The position numbers and the translations under genes were made by a program. Shown here piece after piece: positions 1 through 12,545 of a DNA stretch of 64,000 nt. The first letter of the stretch is position 1; the number at the start of each line of letters is the position of its first letter. The notes beneath the pieces are model-generated. The model was not told the origin of the DNA. It ran no database searches and worked only from the letters and a program-made list of their open reading frames with translations. This DNA comes from Chiloscyllium plagiosum (Eukaryota), in NCBI RefSeq assembly GCF_004010195.1, contig NC_057749.1, positions 9,435,492 through 9,499,491 of the forward strand. Direction: 5' to 3'.

Positions 1-147
1 CATTTAAAAGGCATCTGGATGGGTATATGGAAACAAACTGTTTAGAGGGATATGGACCAAATGCTGGTAAATGGGACTAGGTCAGATTGGGATGAGTGAG
101 TTGGACCAAAGGTTCTGTTTCTATGCTGTAAGACTCTATGACTATGA
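1..147 (+). mobile_element. CR1/HER1-type LINE 3' tail fragment
   Basis: catttaaaaggcatctggatggg...ggaccaaaggttctgtttctatgctgt...ctatgactatga matches the 3' end of the longer CR1 copy at 22860-23025. Confidence 0.85.
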
Positions 148-169
148 GCAGAAAGGGTCAAATAGCTTT

Positions 170-280
170 CTGAAATAAAAATAGAAAGTGCTGGAGAAAC
201 CCAGCAGGTCTGACAACATCAGTGGAAAGAGAAACAGAGTTAACATTTGGAGTCTGGTATGACTCTTCTGAGGAACCTTT
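170..280 (-). mobile_element. Degenerate PLE terminal fragment (family C) with decayed hammerhead
   Basis: gctggagaaacccagcaggtctg...gagttaacatttggagtc...gactcttc resembles the copy at 15570-15798. Confidence 0.6.
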
Positions 281-914
281 GTTCCAAATCTTAGCTTTTG
301 CTAATTCTCTGACAGTCTGTGTTAAAATTCTCAGGGAAATGCAAAGGGACTGTTCTCCAAAATAGTTCTCATTGACCATTTTAACCAAGTTTATAAACAA
401 GTATGTTTAAAGTGTGATGTGTTATTACAGCAACAATTTTGGCAAAGAACATTTTTGGAACATTCTTGGGGGAATGGAGATTTCCTCCAGTGCCTGTTTT
501 CATGACACTGTAAAAGGAGCTAGAAAATTTTCCTTTGATCACTCGCTAGAAAACTTTAAACATTTTTACTGGAAATAGCAATCACAGGAAATAGTTTGCT
601 ATGTTAAGACGAGATCACAAGATAAATACAGATGAGGTGGATAATTCAGCTCATCCATCTAAAAACATCCTACAATCTCTGTGCACTTTCAATTCAACAA
701 TTTAAAGAAGAAAAATCATTTCAGGCTTTTATTTCCATGACATTACCAAACTGAAATCCATTCCCAAGTGTTGATTACTCTTGAAGACGTTTCCCTTGGC
801 ATCTATGGTAAAGGAACAATTTTTAAAATTCACTCTTGGGACAACATGACCATTTTCCTGTGCACCAGATGTGACTCCAACCAGTGGAGAATTTGTCCCC
901 ATTGACTCCAGTTA

Positions 915-1899
915 GTCAAATGCAGCCTTGACATTAAGGGCTGTCACTCTTACCTCACCTCTGGAATGCAGCTCTTTTGACCATCTTTAAACTAAGGCTA
1001 TAATGAGGTCAGGAACTGAGTGGCACTTGTGGAACCCAAACTGGGTGTCACTGAGCAGGTGCTGCTTGATAGTACTGTAGCTGACATCTTCCATCACTTT
1101 ACTAATTTTCGAGAGTAGATTGAAGGGCCAGTAAATTGGCTGGGTTGGATTTGTCCTGTTCTTTGTGTACAGGACATATCTGAGCCATATTGTTGGACAG
1201 ATGCCAATATTGGAACTGCACTAGAATAGCTTGGCTCGGGGAGCAGCAGGTTCTGGAGCACGGTTATTCAGTACTATTGCTGGAATGTTGTCAGAGTCTA
1301 CAACCTTTGCCATATCCAGCATCTCCAACCATTTCTTGATATCACATGCAATGAATAGAATTGGCTGAAGGCTGATATCTGTAATGCTGGGGACCACAGG
1401 GGAAGGCCAAGATAGATTATCCACTTGACACTTCTGGCTAAAGTTTGCTGCAAAAGCTTTAATCTTATCTTTTGCACTTACGTACTGGGCTCTTCCATCA
1501 TTGAGGATGGGAATATTTGTGGAGCCTTCTCCTCCAGTCAGTTGTTTGACTGTCCACCACCATTCAAAGTTGGATGTAACAGGACTGCAGAGCTCCATTG
1601 GTTTTTTTGATTCCCTAGCTCTGTCTATCACTTGCTGCTTATACTGTTTGGCATGCAAATAGTCCTGTTTGGTAACCTCACCAGGTTGACACCTCATCTT
1701 CAGGTATACCTGGTGCTGCTCCTGGCATGCCCTCCTGTAGTCTCCATTGAACCGGGGTTGATCCCCTTGCTTAATGGTACTGGTTGAGTGGGGGATATGC
1801 CGGGCCATGATGTCACAGATTGTGTTGGAGTACAATTGTGTTGCTGCTAACGGTCTACAGTGCCTCATGGATGCCCAGTCTTAAGTTGCTAGATCTGTT
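915..1899 (-). mobile_element. LINE family B ORF2 remnant (APE-RT non-LTR element, region preceding and including the RT start)
   Basis: ORF 1221-1868 encodes RRACQEQHQVYLK...WWWTVKQLTGG...DIKKWLEMLDMAKVVDSDNIPAIVL, a typical pre-RT LINE region. It continues with frameshifts into KSNPANY and QFGF-like motifs. Confidence 0.85.
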
Positions 1900-1900
1900 A

Positions 1901-2210
1901 GGGGCGGCACAGTGGCTCAGTGGTTAGCACTGCTGCCTCACAGCACCAGGGACCTGGGTTCGATTCCAGCCTCAGGCAACTGTCTGTGTGGAGTTTGCAC
2001 ATTCTCCCTGTGTGTGTGTGGTTTTCCTCCGTATGCTCTGGTCTCCTCCCACAGTCCAAAGATGTGCAGGTGAATCGACCATGTTAAATTGCCCACAGTG
2101 TTAGGTGAATGAGTCAGAAGGAAATGGGTATGGGTGGGTTACTCTTCAGAGGGTTGATGTGTACTTGTTGGGCCAAAGAGCCTGTTACTGAACTGTAGGG
2201 AATCTAATTT
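1901..2210 (+). mobile_element. HE1-type tRNA-derived V-SINE inserted in LINE B
   Basis: A box tggctcagtgg, B box ggttcgattcc, V-domain ctgtgtggagtttgcacattctcc, CR1-like tail. LINE B resumes at about 2219. Confidence 0.9.
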
Positions 2211-2218
2211 AAAAAAAT

Positions 2219-2392
2219 GAGAAGTCTGTCCCATTTAGCACTGTGATAGTGCCACACGGTGTGACAGAGGGTATTCTCAATGTGAAGGTGGGAATTCATC
2301 TCCACGAGGACTGTGCAGTGGTGAATCTTACCGATACTGTCATGGACAGATGCATCTGCAGCCAGCAGATTGGTAAGGATGAGGTGAAGTGT
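2219..2392 (-). mobile_element. LINE family B remnant (end of the endonuclease region)
   Basis: Continues the element interrupted by the SINE; the minus strand has VHDSIGKIHHCTVLV, an SDH-like APE C-terminus. Confidence 0.7.
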
Positions 2393-2741
2393 GTTTGGGT
2401 GGGATACTCTTCAGAGGGTCAGTGTGGACTTGTTGCGCCAAAGAGCCTGTTTCCACACTGTAGGGATTCTATAGAGATACTGTGGCATCATAAAAGGTGC
2501 TACACAAATGGAAGTCATTCTTTTAAGCAAAGTAAGGGGAAAACAGGCTAAAATAGCCAGAGAGACCTGCAAAAAGGATTTAATTAAAAGGGTATAGTAC
2601 TCTGTTCCCACAGAATGCCCTCTACCAGTTCCAGTGAAGTAAATGCAGGAAATGCATAAAATGTGAGTTAAAGCTGCAATTGAATGTTAAAAGTCACAAG
2701 AAAACTGAATGACCAATGACAGCCTAATTTAGGCATCATTG

Positions 2742-2769
2742 GTGTGTGTGTGTGTGTGTGTGTGTGTGT
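2742..2769. repeat. (GT)14 microsatellite
   Basis: Perfect GT dinucleotide run read directly from the sequence. Confidence 0.95.
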
Positions 2770-3374
2770 TGTATGGTTTTGTTTTTGCTATTCATGCATA
2801 AAGTCTTTTGCAAAATGATGAATTATACTGTATGATATATGCAAGATAATTGTATAATTAAAAGCGCAGAAAATAAACACATGTTTTGATCTGGATTCAG
2901 ACATGGAATAAGCAGACACGGTCTGCATTCACATCTGCTTCCAACATAATTTGGCCTGAAATAGCAACAATTGTTTTCTTCAAGTATCATCCTGCAGGCT
3001 TGTATGATCAATGACACCAAAATGAAATTATATGTCTTTGAAAGTAGACTAGACTAGCATTAGAAATTAGATATCAGACATCGGTGACGTTGGCTGATAA
3101 TGCATTTTAATAACTCAAATAATCTTACACAACAATTATTCGTCAAAGGAAAAACAGAAAGTGCTGAGAAATTCAGCAGATCTGGCACCATCTGTGAGTA
3201 GAAAGCAGAGTTTACATTAAGAGTTTCCAGTGTGACTCTTTGTCAGATGAGTTAGTTCCGACAGTTCATAGTAGTAAGAAAGAAATGAATCCAGACGGAC
3301 CACCCATCATCGAACGAGGCACAGAAATAAACAACAGAAACACATCTGTCAACCCTGCAAAATCCTCCTTACTC

Positions 3375-3562
3375 ACATCTGGGAGCTAGTGCCAAAATTG
3401 GGAGAGCTGTCTCACAGAGTAGCCAAGCAACAGCGTGATATAGCTATTCACAAAATCATACCTGTCAGACAATGTCTCAGACACCAACATGACCATCCCT
3501 GGATATGTCTTGTCCCACGACAGGACAGACCCACCAGAGGTGGTGACACGGTGTTATACAGT
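3375..3562 (+). mobile_element. LINE APE endonuclease N-terminal remnant (probably family B)
   Basis: Translates with frameshifts to LVPKLGELSHR.AKQQ.DI...TIPGYVLSH.QDRPTRGG.TV.YS, matching APE domain motifs. Confidence 0.7.
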
Positions 3563-4822
3563 CCATAAGACCATAAGACATAGGAGTGGAAGTAAGGCCA
3601 ATCAGCCCATCGAGTCCACTCTGCCATTCAATCATGGCTGATGGGCATTTTGACGCCACTTACCTTCACTCTCCCCATATCCCTTAATTCGTTTTGATAA
3701 TAAGAATTTATCAATCTCTGTTTTGAAGACATTTAACGTCCTGGCCTCCACTGTGCTCCATAGCAATGAATTCCACAGGCCCACCACTCTCTGGCTGAAG
3801 AAATGTCTCCTTGTTTCAATTCAAAATTGACCCCCTCTAATTCTAAGGCTGTACCCACAGGTCCCAGTATCCCTACTTGACGATAACAAATTCTCAGCAT
3901 CCACCCTTTCTAAGTCATGTATTATCTTGTAAGTTTCTATTAGAACTCACCTCAACCTTCTAAACTCTAATGAATACAATCCCAGGATCCTCAGCCGTTC
4001 ATCGTACGTTAGGCCTACCATTTCAGGGATCGTCTGTATGAATCTCCTCTCGACACGCTCCAGTGCCAGTATGTCCTTTCTGAAGTGTGGGGTGCAAAAT
4101 TGAATACAGTATTCTAAATGGGATCTAACTAGAGCATTATAAAGTCTCAGTAGCACATCACTGCTTTTACATTCCAACCCTTTTGAGATAAATGACAACA
4201 TTACATTGGCTTTCTTAACCATGGACTCAACCTACAAGTCAACATCTAGAGAATTCTGGACTAGCACTCCCAGATCCCTTTGTACTTTGGCTTTATGAAT
4301 TTTCTCACTGTTTAAAAAATACTCCATGCCTGTATTCTTTTTTCCAAAGTGCAAGACCTCACATTTGCTCACACTGAATTTCATCAGCTATTTCTTGGAC
4401 CACTCTCCTAAACTGTCTAAATCTTTCTGCAGCCTCCTCAGAACTATCTGCCTGTCCGCCTAACTTCGTATCATTGGCAAATGTCGCCAGAATGCCCCCA
4501 GTCCCTTCATCCAGATCATTAATATATAAAGTGAACAGCTGTGGCTCCAACTCTGAACACTGCAGGACACCACTTGTCACTGGGTGCCATTCCGAGAAAG
4601 AACCCTTTATCCTAACTCTCTGCCTTCTGTCAGATAGCCAATACTCCATCCATGCCAGTAGCTCACTTCGAACACAATGGGTCCTCACCTTACTCAGCAG
4701 CTTCCCGTGAGGCACCTTATCAAAGGCCTTTTGGAAGTTTCGGTAGATAACATCCACTGGGTTTCCCTGTCTAACCTACTTGTTCCCTTACTAAATCCAT
4801 GCTGACTTGTTCTGATCCGAAC
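3563..4822 (-). mobile_element. CR1 LINE RT and 3' UTR, 5'-truncated
   Basis: ORFs 4359-4757 (FQKAFDKVPH, YINDLD, FANDTK) and 3947-4222 (RLYNALVRSHLEYC); short tandem tail at the 3' end. Confidence 0.92.
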
Positions 4823-5109
4823 AGTGGGGAAGGTGTTGCCTTCTGAATCCTTAACATTGAATTTGGACCCCATGAAGTCTTATGGCCTCAGATTAAACAT
4901 GGGCAAAGAAACTTGCTGCTAATTACTATGTGCTACCCTCCCTTGTCTATGAATCAGTACTCGTCCATGTTGAACAACATTTGGAAGAAGCAGTGAGGGT
5001 GGCAAGGGTACAAAATGTACTCAGTTCGGGATTGTACTTGAATTTTGTCACCTAAATCATAAAATCCCTACAATGTGGAAAGAGCCCCTTTGGTCCATTG
5101 GTTATACAG

Positions 5110-5221
5110 GGAGAAAGTGAGAAGATTCCTGAAGAAGGGCTCATGCCCGAAACGTCGATTCTCCTGCTCCTTGGATGCTGCCTGACCTGCTACGCTTTTC
5201 CAGCAACACATTTTCAGCTCA
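5110..5221 (+). mobile_element. PLE-terminus mini-insertion (family A) with 15-bp TSD
   Basis: ccattggttatacag at 5095-5109 and 5222-5236; the internal sequence matches the terminus of the GIY-YIG PLE at 16944-17662. Confidence 0.85.
5123..5162 (+). ncRNA. Minimal type I hammerhead ribozyme motif (family A)
   Basis: agattc CTGAAGA a gggc-tcat-gccc GAAA CG TC gattct: core boxes intact, helix II paired, palindromic ACGT helix III, helix I with one U-U mismatch. Confidence 0.75.
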
Positions 5222-5555
5222 CCATTGGTTATACAGCCAGTCCCAGCACCCCATCCAATCCCTGTATTTTCCATGGCTAACCACCTCGCCTACACATTCT
5301 TAGACACTATGGGCAATTTAGCATGGCCAATCCACCTAACCTGCACATCCTGTGGGAGGAAACCCAAGCAGTTACAGGGAGAATGTGCAAACTCCACACA
5401 GACAGTCACCCGAGGGTAGAATTGAATCTAGAATTGAACCCGGGTCTCAAGTGCTGTTAGTGCTAACCACTGAGCCACCGTGTCATCCCTCAACAGTTTA
5501 CAACCATTGCAGGAATCTTTAAGTTCATCACTGATGTAATGTAGAAACTGAAGGT

Positions 5556-5785
5556 CTTGTGATGCATTGGGTAATGTCCTTGTCTCTAAGCCAGAATCCC
5601 TGGATTCAAGTCCCATTCCAGAAGCATGCATACATGTCGTGACCAAACAGATTGATTAGCATCCTGCAACTCTTTCTGCAATGCTTTTGTCAGGCGGGTA
5701 TTTTCTAATAGACTTGTTCAGAGATGTGATTGCACACTACTGGAGCAGGTAGGATTAGAACCTGGATCTCCTGGTTCAGAGTTAG
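5556..5785. mobile_element. Two opposed copies of a short tRNA-headed SINE (family C)
   Basis: The pattern ggtaatgtcc...gccagaa...ggattcaagtccca...aacagattgatta recurs at about 32790-32880, 50825-50935, 50960-51025 and 60520-60620. Confidence 0.55.
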
Positions 5786-5789
5786 GCTG

Positions 5790-6400
5790 CTTTGGCAGCG
5801 GTTGAAGGCCAGGTGGGTCTGGACTCAGGATACCAATGGCCTCCGGGTTTCCTTGAGGCTTCTGCAGTGTCTTTGCGGTGGCATGGTTGGTCTGGCCTGG
5901 CCTGGGACTCCTTTCAGCCGCTTTGGTGGCTGTTTTTGTAAGCGTCAGTCTGGGTCTCCTGTGGCAGCTTCAGTCAGTCTGTGACACCATGTGGCGTTTT
6001 CTTCAGCACTACGTTGGGACCAGCCTCGGATTCCAACTGGGATCGGGTCCCTGAACCCAGAGTCATGAAATGGACTAAATAGATTTTGTCTTAAATTCTC
6101 TTTTTTTTTTGAAATTTTTGTTTCTTTATTACATTACCGTGGAGGATTCTGATTCTGAATTTGTTATTTCTTTATTTTTCTAATATATTACTGTGATTTT
6201 GTATTTTTGAAGGTCTGTAATGCTGGACTTTTATTTCTTTACTTTTTTGATATTTTTTCCCTGGAAATTTGTACTCAATATCTGTACCTAGATACCTTGG
6301 AACATAAGATGGCGCTATAAATGGCAACATGTAAACTTTTCACTGTACTCATGGGAATACATGTGACAATAAATTGGAATTCCAATTCCAATTCCAATTC
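5790..6400 (+). mobile_element. Unclassified retro-repeat with a LINE-like 3' tail and (attcca)n end
   Basis: Tail cttttcactgtact...catgtgacaataaa plus a short tandem repeat; related copy on the minus strand at about 34230-34380 and a tail at about 53470-53550. Confidence 0.5.
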
Positions 6401-7098
6401 AGTTAATTCCTGGAGAGTCTAGAAACATGTAGTAACTGCAATGCAACAGCCTCTCTACACTTTTGCAAATAAATATTAGAAATGCACTGAGGGCCACAGT
6501 TAAAAAAAATCAAAAGATAAATGGAAACTTATCAAAATTAAATCAAAGCATTAATTCCAGGAGTGAAGATGTGCCCCCAGCCCCTGCAATAATGTATTGG
6601 GATTTTTTTTTATCCTGAAAGGGTAGCCTCAGTTCTTTGTCTGAAAGGTTGGCATTGCCAACAGCAAAGTGATCTTCCATAGCATGAACACAATTATTGT
6701 GTGGGATTTGAACATACAGACTTCTGACTTTGAGATACGAGCCACTGAACTACTGCTTAAAAACAAGAGGTGCATCTTCAACTTTGGTCATTCCAGGATG
6801 GAAACTGCAATAGAGAGCAGCCAAATGCTGAATGCCAGTTAGTGCAGGACAGGTGTTCTGCAGGCAGGGACCTGTTTGGCAGGTGTGCTAACATTCTTTT
6901 CCGTTTAAGTATGTACTGTATAGAATCATTAAACTTGCAGACTGAAGCCAAGGAAGAATAGTAATCATGAATTTGGATATAGACAAAATAAATGTAATGC
7001 TTTCAAGTTAAATTATTCCAGATATAAACAGGCAGAGGTAGTATTGACATGTTTGAAAATGGGAAATACTCCAAATGTTCTCTTTTTGCATGTATGAT

Positions 7099-7424
7099 TT
7101 GGAGGTGCCAGTGTTGGACTGGGGTGGACAAAGTTAAAAATCACACAACACCAGGTTATAGCCCCACAGGTTTATTTCAAAGTAATAGCTTTCAGAGCGC
7201 TGCTGCTTCATCAGGGGCAGGACCATAAGACACAGAATTTATAGCAAAAGATTGCAATATATATTGAACAGTTGTTTTAATTGCATGACACTGTAATCTT
7301 TTGTTACAAATTCTGTGGCTTATGGTCCTGTCCCACTTGTTACCTGTTGAAAGAGCAGTGCTCTGAAAGCTAGTGCTTCCAAACAAATCAGTTGGACTAT
7401 AACCTGGTGTTGTGTGACTTTTAA
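7099..7424. mobile_element. Palindromic PLE-terminus insertion (family B) with about 15-bp TSD
   Basis: ttttgcatgtatgat at 7084-7098 and 7425-7439; long inverted arms; same terminus as the PLE at 49108-49790. Confidence 0.85.
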
Positions 7425-7899
7425 TTTTGCATGTATGATGGCAGCCACGTGCACTGCAAATTGCTTCAATTGAGAGCTCAACTGGTAATATACTGGAATA
7501 GCACATGATCAGAGGACATATCTTGACAAGCACAATTCTTTCCACATTTAATTGTCACACATAAACTAAAATAAATCTAACATATAAATCTAATGTAACA
7601 CTTTCGATTGGGTCGCTGGCTGAAATCAAGAGAAATCCTCAGTTATAATTTTAACCCATCATGTCGACCAGGTACATGAATCACTCACTGCTGTAGCATG
7701 GATCAAATAATGTAGCAATGGCCAAGAGATTGATGGTCACTTCAGTGTCTGAAACAAAATCAACATTTTTGTTGGATTGGTCAGCATCATCGAAGTTCAA
7801 GGCTAACAAATAATTCAGGTGACCTCTTCACATTTTCCATTATATCAGTGTCCTTACTTGATTTAAGTTTCATATAGGTTTTGGGGATTACTTGTGACT

Positions 7900-8290
7900 T
7901 ATTAATCCTCAGTCCTCATCCTTGTTTTCAAATTCCTCCGTGGCTTTGCTTTGAGCTTATCATTGCGATCTTCTCCAGATTCAAAAGCCCCCAAATTATT
8001 TCTGCTCTTCTATATCTGGTCTCTGGGACATCCCCAATTTTAATCATACTGTCACTGGTGACTGCAGCTTCAGTTGCCTAGGCCAGAAACTCTGAAGCTT
8101 CCACTCTGCCCCTCTCTGCTTCACTCTCTCCCCATTAGGATGTTTCTTAAAAGCTACCAGTCAGATTGAGCTTTGGCCAACTGACAATATCATCATACGT
8201 GGCTTAGTGTCTTTTCATTTAAAAATGCTCCTGTAAAGTGCATTGTTATGTTTTTCTACTTTAAACATGCTGTATAAATGTAAGTTGTTA
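7900..8290 (+). mobile_element. Old L2-like LINE 3' end
   Basis: Ends ctcctgtaaagtgcattg...gctgtataaatgtaagttgtt; similar fragment at about 19580-19715. Confidence 0.45.
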
Positions 8291-8364
8291 TTATAATACC
8301 ATCTGAATGCCCCCTACTGTTTCACTGGCCCATTGCGTTCATTGGTATATTACAATTTTCAGGA

Positions 8365-9050
8365 CATTGTCATATGGCGTGGAAGCAGACCCTTCAGGTC
8401 CAACCAGTCTATGCCAACCATAATCCCAAACTAAACTAGTCCTACCTGCCTACACTTGGCTCATATCCCTCCAAACATTTCTTATTCATGTACTTATCCA
8501 AGTGTCTTTTAAATGTTGTAGCTGTATCTGCATCCACCACTTCCTCTGGAAATTCATTCCCCACATGAACCACCCGCTGTGTAAAAAGAATTGTTCTTCA
8601 TGTCTTTTTAAAATTTTTCTCCTCTTACCTTAAAAATGTGCCCTCTAGTCTTGAAAGCCCCAACCCTAGGGAAAAGACACCTGCCATTCACCTTATCTGT
8701 ACTCCTCAACCTCCTACATACCAGTGAAAAATGTCCCAGTCTATCCAGCCTGTCCCCATAACTCAAAACCTCTGTTCCTGGCAACATCCTGAGATCCCTT
8801 TCTGAACCCTCAACAGCCAATAGTATCCTTTCTATAACAGGGTGACCAGAACTGGAAACGTACTCCAGAAGAGGCTTCAATGTCTTGTACAACCTCAACA
8901 TAAGTTTCCAACTCCTGAATTCAAAGGTCTGAGCAATGAAGGTAAACATACTACATGTGTTCTTAACTACCCGATCTATTTGTGATATAAACTTCGAAGG
9001 ATTATGAACCTGAACCTCGAGGTCTCTCTGTTCTACAACACTACACAACG
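8365..9050 (-). mobile_element. CR1 LINE 3' fragment
   Basis: ORF 8608-9048 (EQRDLEVQVH, LRLYKTL, TRGHIFKVRGEKF) plus the CR1 3' UTR. Confidence 0.9.
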
Positions 9051-9925
9051 CCAGTTTGTTTTTTAAAAGATGATTGAATGGTTTTTATAGATCAAAAGCC
9101 AGCAAAATATTAATTTAGAAACCATTTCGGATTTAATCAACAAACCAATTCTTGAAGAAATACTAAATAATTCCTGCCTTCATGTTATGCAAAATCAGAT
9201 TGACAAACAGCTTTGTTTTATTCCTTCATGGGCATGGGCGTTGCTGACTGACTCATCCCTAGTTGCCCTTGAGAAGGTAAGCTGCCTTCTTGAACTGCTG
9301 CATGCATTTTTACCTTATGTCACCCATTATAATCCTTGATTTCACAAAAGACTTTGCATCAACAGCAAAGAATGTAGTCGATAACATTCCCCTGTAATAA
9401 TGGGAAAAGAAACTAAACAATGATGCATAGTTTTGGTTGTTATCAGTCACAACTAAATTGGATCTTTATGTGACTTTTGAAATCAAATAACAGTTTCAGC
9501 TATCAACATTTTATGTGCTTTTTACGCTTGACTATTTTGCATCTTCATCATAACGTCAAGGAAGCTGATTGGGTTTTTGTATGTGCTACAGTAAACTGGA
9601 AGTATTTCCTATTGACACTGTGTGCTTGAGCAGATCATATGCTCCAAGTGCTATATAGAGAACACAACATTCGCTGGTCCTGGGTTCTAGAATTTGTCTG
9701 TTTGATGATAACCAACTGGCAACTGCTGGTTGTCATCAGAGCTGTCTAAGTTCATGCCAAGAAGTGTATTATCTAAAGCGTTCTCATTCATGATTCATAG
9801 CTCTTAGAAACATAAGCATCTGAGCTAATGTCTGAGCTATATGATTAAGCTATGAGGTAAGTCATTATCTATAGGGCTTAAACATATACAATGTGTGAGG
9901 GAGATCTCCAGTCTATACCTCATCA

Positions 9926-10147
9926 TTAAAAATCACACAACACCAGGTTATAGTCCAACAGGTTTAATTGGAAGCACACTAGCTGTCAGAGTGCCGCTCC
10001 TTCATCTGGTGACAGTGATCACCTGATGAAGGTGTGGCACTCCGAAAGCTAGTGTGCTTCCAATTAAACCTGTTGGACTATAACCTGGTGTTATGTGATT
10101 TTTAACTTTGTACACCCCAATCAAACACCGGCATCTCCACATCATAA
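9926..10147. mobile_element. Palindromic PLE-terminus insertion (family B) with 13-bp TSD (one mismatch)
   Basis: ctatacctcatca 9913-9925 versus ctatatctcatca 10148-10160; arms ttaaaaatcac...ggtga / tcacc...gtgatttttaa. Confidence 0.85.
10019..10055 (+). ncRNA. Minimal type I hammerhead ribozyme motif (family B)
   Basis: cac CTGATGA a ggtgt-ggc-actcc GAAA GC TA gtg: helix I cac/gtg, palindromic AGCT helix III, one mismatch in helix II. Confidence 0.7.
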
Positions 10148-10834
10148 CTATATCTCATCAGTATCCTATAGGAGTTCTCAAGACCATGGATCACATCACT
10201 GTCAAAATTCCTGACATAAATATCTTGATGAGTATCCCTAAACTAGCAAGCCATAATGCTTCCAAGATATAGGTTCAAATCTCACCATGTGACATTAAAT
10301 CTGAATGTTTAGGAACTCAGGAATTCTGACTTAGGCTAAGCTCTGCTGAGAATGCATGTCCATTCTACAGCTCTGAAGCCAACGTTCTGGCATAAGATAA
10401 TATTACCTGGAAGATGTATTTGTGAGTATGGCTCACATGATCTGATGCCAGTCATAATGCATTGCAGTGGGATGAGTAGTTGCTACGTCTTTCATAATAG
10501 TCATAGTTGGGTGAGTGATGAGATACATACCAATGATACATAACAAATAAACTATGGGCTTTAATTGATGCACTCTCTTACAACTGGAGATCTCCAGTTT
10601 GTATATTATCAGCCAATATCTAAACATTCTAGATTTGGGTAAGTAGAGTGTGAACATACATGAAGAAACTGTGCTGTCCATATTTATTCAGGAGAATTCT
10701 TGTTGGCAAATGTCAATCTCAACAGGCTCCAATTGATTTCTCCTGCAAGATTTCCACAAATATGTCTTCACAAAAAACAAAACTCCAATTAATGAAAATA
10801 AACATGGACCATCATTTAGTCCAATAAGTGGAGG

Positions 10835-11020
10835 GATGGTGGTGGTATTTGGAAGGAAATCAGCTATGCTTCTGTGACCTGGCTTAGGTGTGATTCATAA
10901 TCCACAGTAATGTGGCTAATTTTTTAACTGCACTCTGAAATAGCAAGTCATTCAGTTCAAGGGCAATTAGGGATGGACAGCAAACGTTGCCCTCACCAGT
11001 GACATCCATATTCGCATGAT
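10835..11020 (+). mobile_element. SINE family B fragment (tail shared with LINE B)
   Basis: Ends aagggcaattagggatggacagcaaacg...gacatccatatt, like the LINE B 3' end at 18100-18160; further copies at about 11505-11760(-), 13325-13600(-) and 49790-50030(+). Confidence 0.6.
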
Positions 11021-12384
11021 ATTTTTTAAAAAGGCTTGTGTTGTTGTTTTATCCTCCCAGCAGGTTTTTGTTACTATCCAATTGGTCCCACTCATATCAA
11101 CTATCTCCCCCAGTCCTAAAAACGGTTCCCTTTCAATTCATATTCTGAACTCTTTTGGAAGTGTTTCCATCCCTCTGTCATACAATTGTAAGTTATTGAG
11201 TCGAAACTTTTCAGAACATCTCATCGCCAATTCCTTTGCCAATCATTTCCATTGTTGCTGACCTCTTTGCCACTGGAAATAGTTTCTATTTGTTCTCTCT
11301 AAGAATCTCACCATAAACTCAAATCCATTAAATCTCCCCTTTGAGTTCTCTGCTCTGAAGTAAAATACAATGTTACTTTTAGGTAAAATAGAAAGATCCA
11401 CAGAATGGTTAGAGTGCATTCGGTTGATCATGTTCATGCACACTCTCTGTTCCAGCAACTCACCGAGAGGGTGATTATTAAACTTGACATGAGAGTCTTA
11501 AATTTTTTTCAACATATCACTTCAAGGGATGTGGATGTCAAACCTAAGGATCCTTGAATTAAGTGACTGGTCTGGTAAATTCTGAGGTTACTCATATTCA
11601 GACAGCAGGGTAGTAAACCAGATGGTATTTTGCCACAATCATCGATAGTTTCACACTTTTATGAACTGAAATGAAATGTTCCTGGCTGCAAAGATGGAAT
11701 TGACCTCACGTCCCAGAGCTTTTCTGAATTATTAACGATGTGAGCCATTGTGTCATCATCAATCAGAGGGACAATGCTTCGGAAATGTTCAATAAAAGTC
11801 AGTGCTCTGTACAGTTAGGCTGAAAGTACCGAATGGATCCTTTAAGGTCTGCTCAAATTAAATACCAGATGACACATGCACTTTGATGTAAAATAAATGT
11901 ATTCGCTGAATCTAATTTAGATATGTGCCAACTAATGAATGAATCTGTTAGTTTAAACCATTTAGATATATTTGACTGGCGAGTATCACTGACTTCTGCC
12001 CACGAGGGACTCCTGGGTGATGGCTCAGTGTGAGCGAAACCCCTATCAGATAGTGAAAGGCAGTGAGACACAACAGTTTCTGTATGTATAAAGTAGTTAA
12101 AGTTAACGGATTCGCCTATTAGTTTGCATATATTAAGTCGATTAAGGTAATAGATTTGCTATGTATCAAAGTGCACGTGTCTTCTTGCATTCATTTTGAT
12201 TAGACCTTAAATAACCGATTAGGTACTTTCAGATCAACAAAAAATGCATACTCCAGGACTGACACAACCTAAAATATGTTTTCAGATTAATATAATCAAA
12301 TAATTTATTTAAACAAGGCGTTTTCCTTTTGGTAGAGATATGGAATGAAATAATGATACAGCACGGAAGGAAGCTATTCAGTTT

Positions 12385-12545
12385 CACAAAAACGGAAATG
12401 GCTGGAGAAACTCAGCAGGTCTGGCAGCATCTGTGCAGAGAAAGCAGAGTCAACATTCGGAGTCGAGCGACCCTTCCTCAGAACGCAGCTAGGCTGCAGT
12501 TTCTGATTTTGTTTCAGGTTTCTAGTATCCAGAGTTGTTTAGTTT
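12385..12545 (-). mobile_element. PLE terminal fragment (family C), hammerhead decayed
   Basis: Minus strand reads gttCTGAGGAagggtcgctcgactccgaatgttgact; the GAAA box is mutated. Confidence 0.65.

Larger units (their letters stand above)
5057..5482 (-). mobile_element. HE1-like SINE interrupted by a PLE mini-insertion
   Basis: Reverse complement of the HE1 head (gctaaccactgagccacc), V-domain and tail; interrupted at 5110-5221. Confidence 0.8.

Noticed and set aside
1901..1975. tRNA-like sequences with A and B boxes
   Set aside because: They are SINE heads running into the V-domain; no complete cloverleaf or terminator.
2823..2965. Minus-strand PNYVGSRCEC resembling an EGF-domain end after a tatttcag acceptor
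   Set aside because: Cysteine spacing does not fit an EGF module, and there is no partner exon or donor; likely chance.
7689..7748. Minus-strand 60-nt AG/GT-bounded segment encoding TEVTINLLAIATLFDPCYS (hAT ATLLDP-like)
   Set aside because: Isolated, with no other minus-strand exons or transposase motifs to support it.
9701..9740. Small hairpin tgatgataacca/tggttgtcatca containing a C-box-like TGATGA
   Set aside because: Stem too short for a pre-miRNA; no properly placed D box or terminal stem for a snoRNA.
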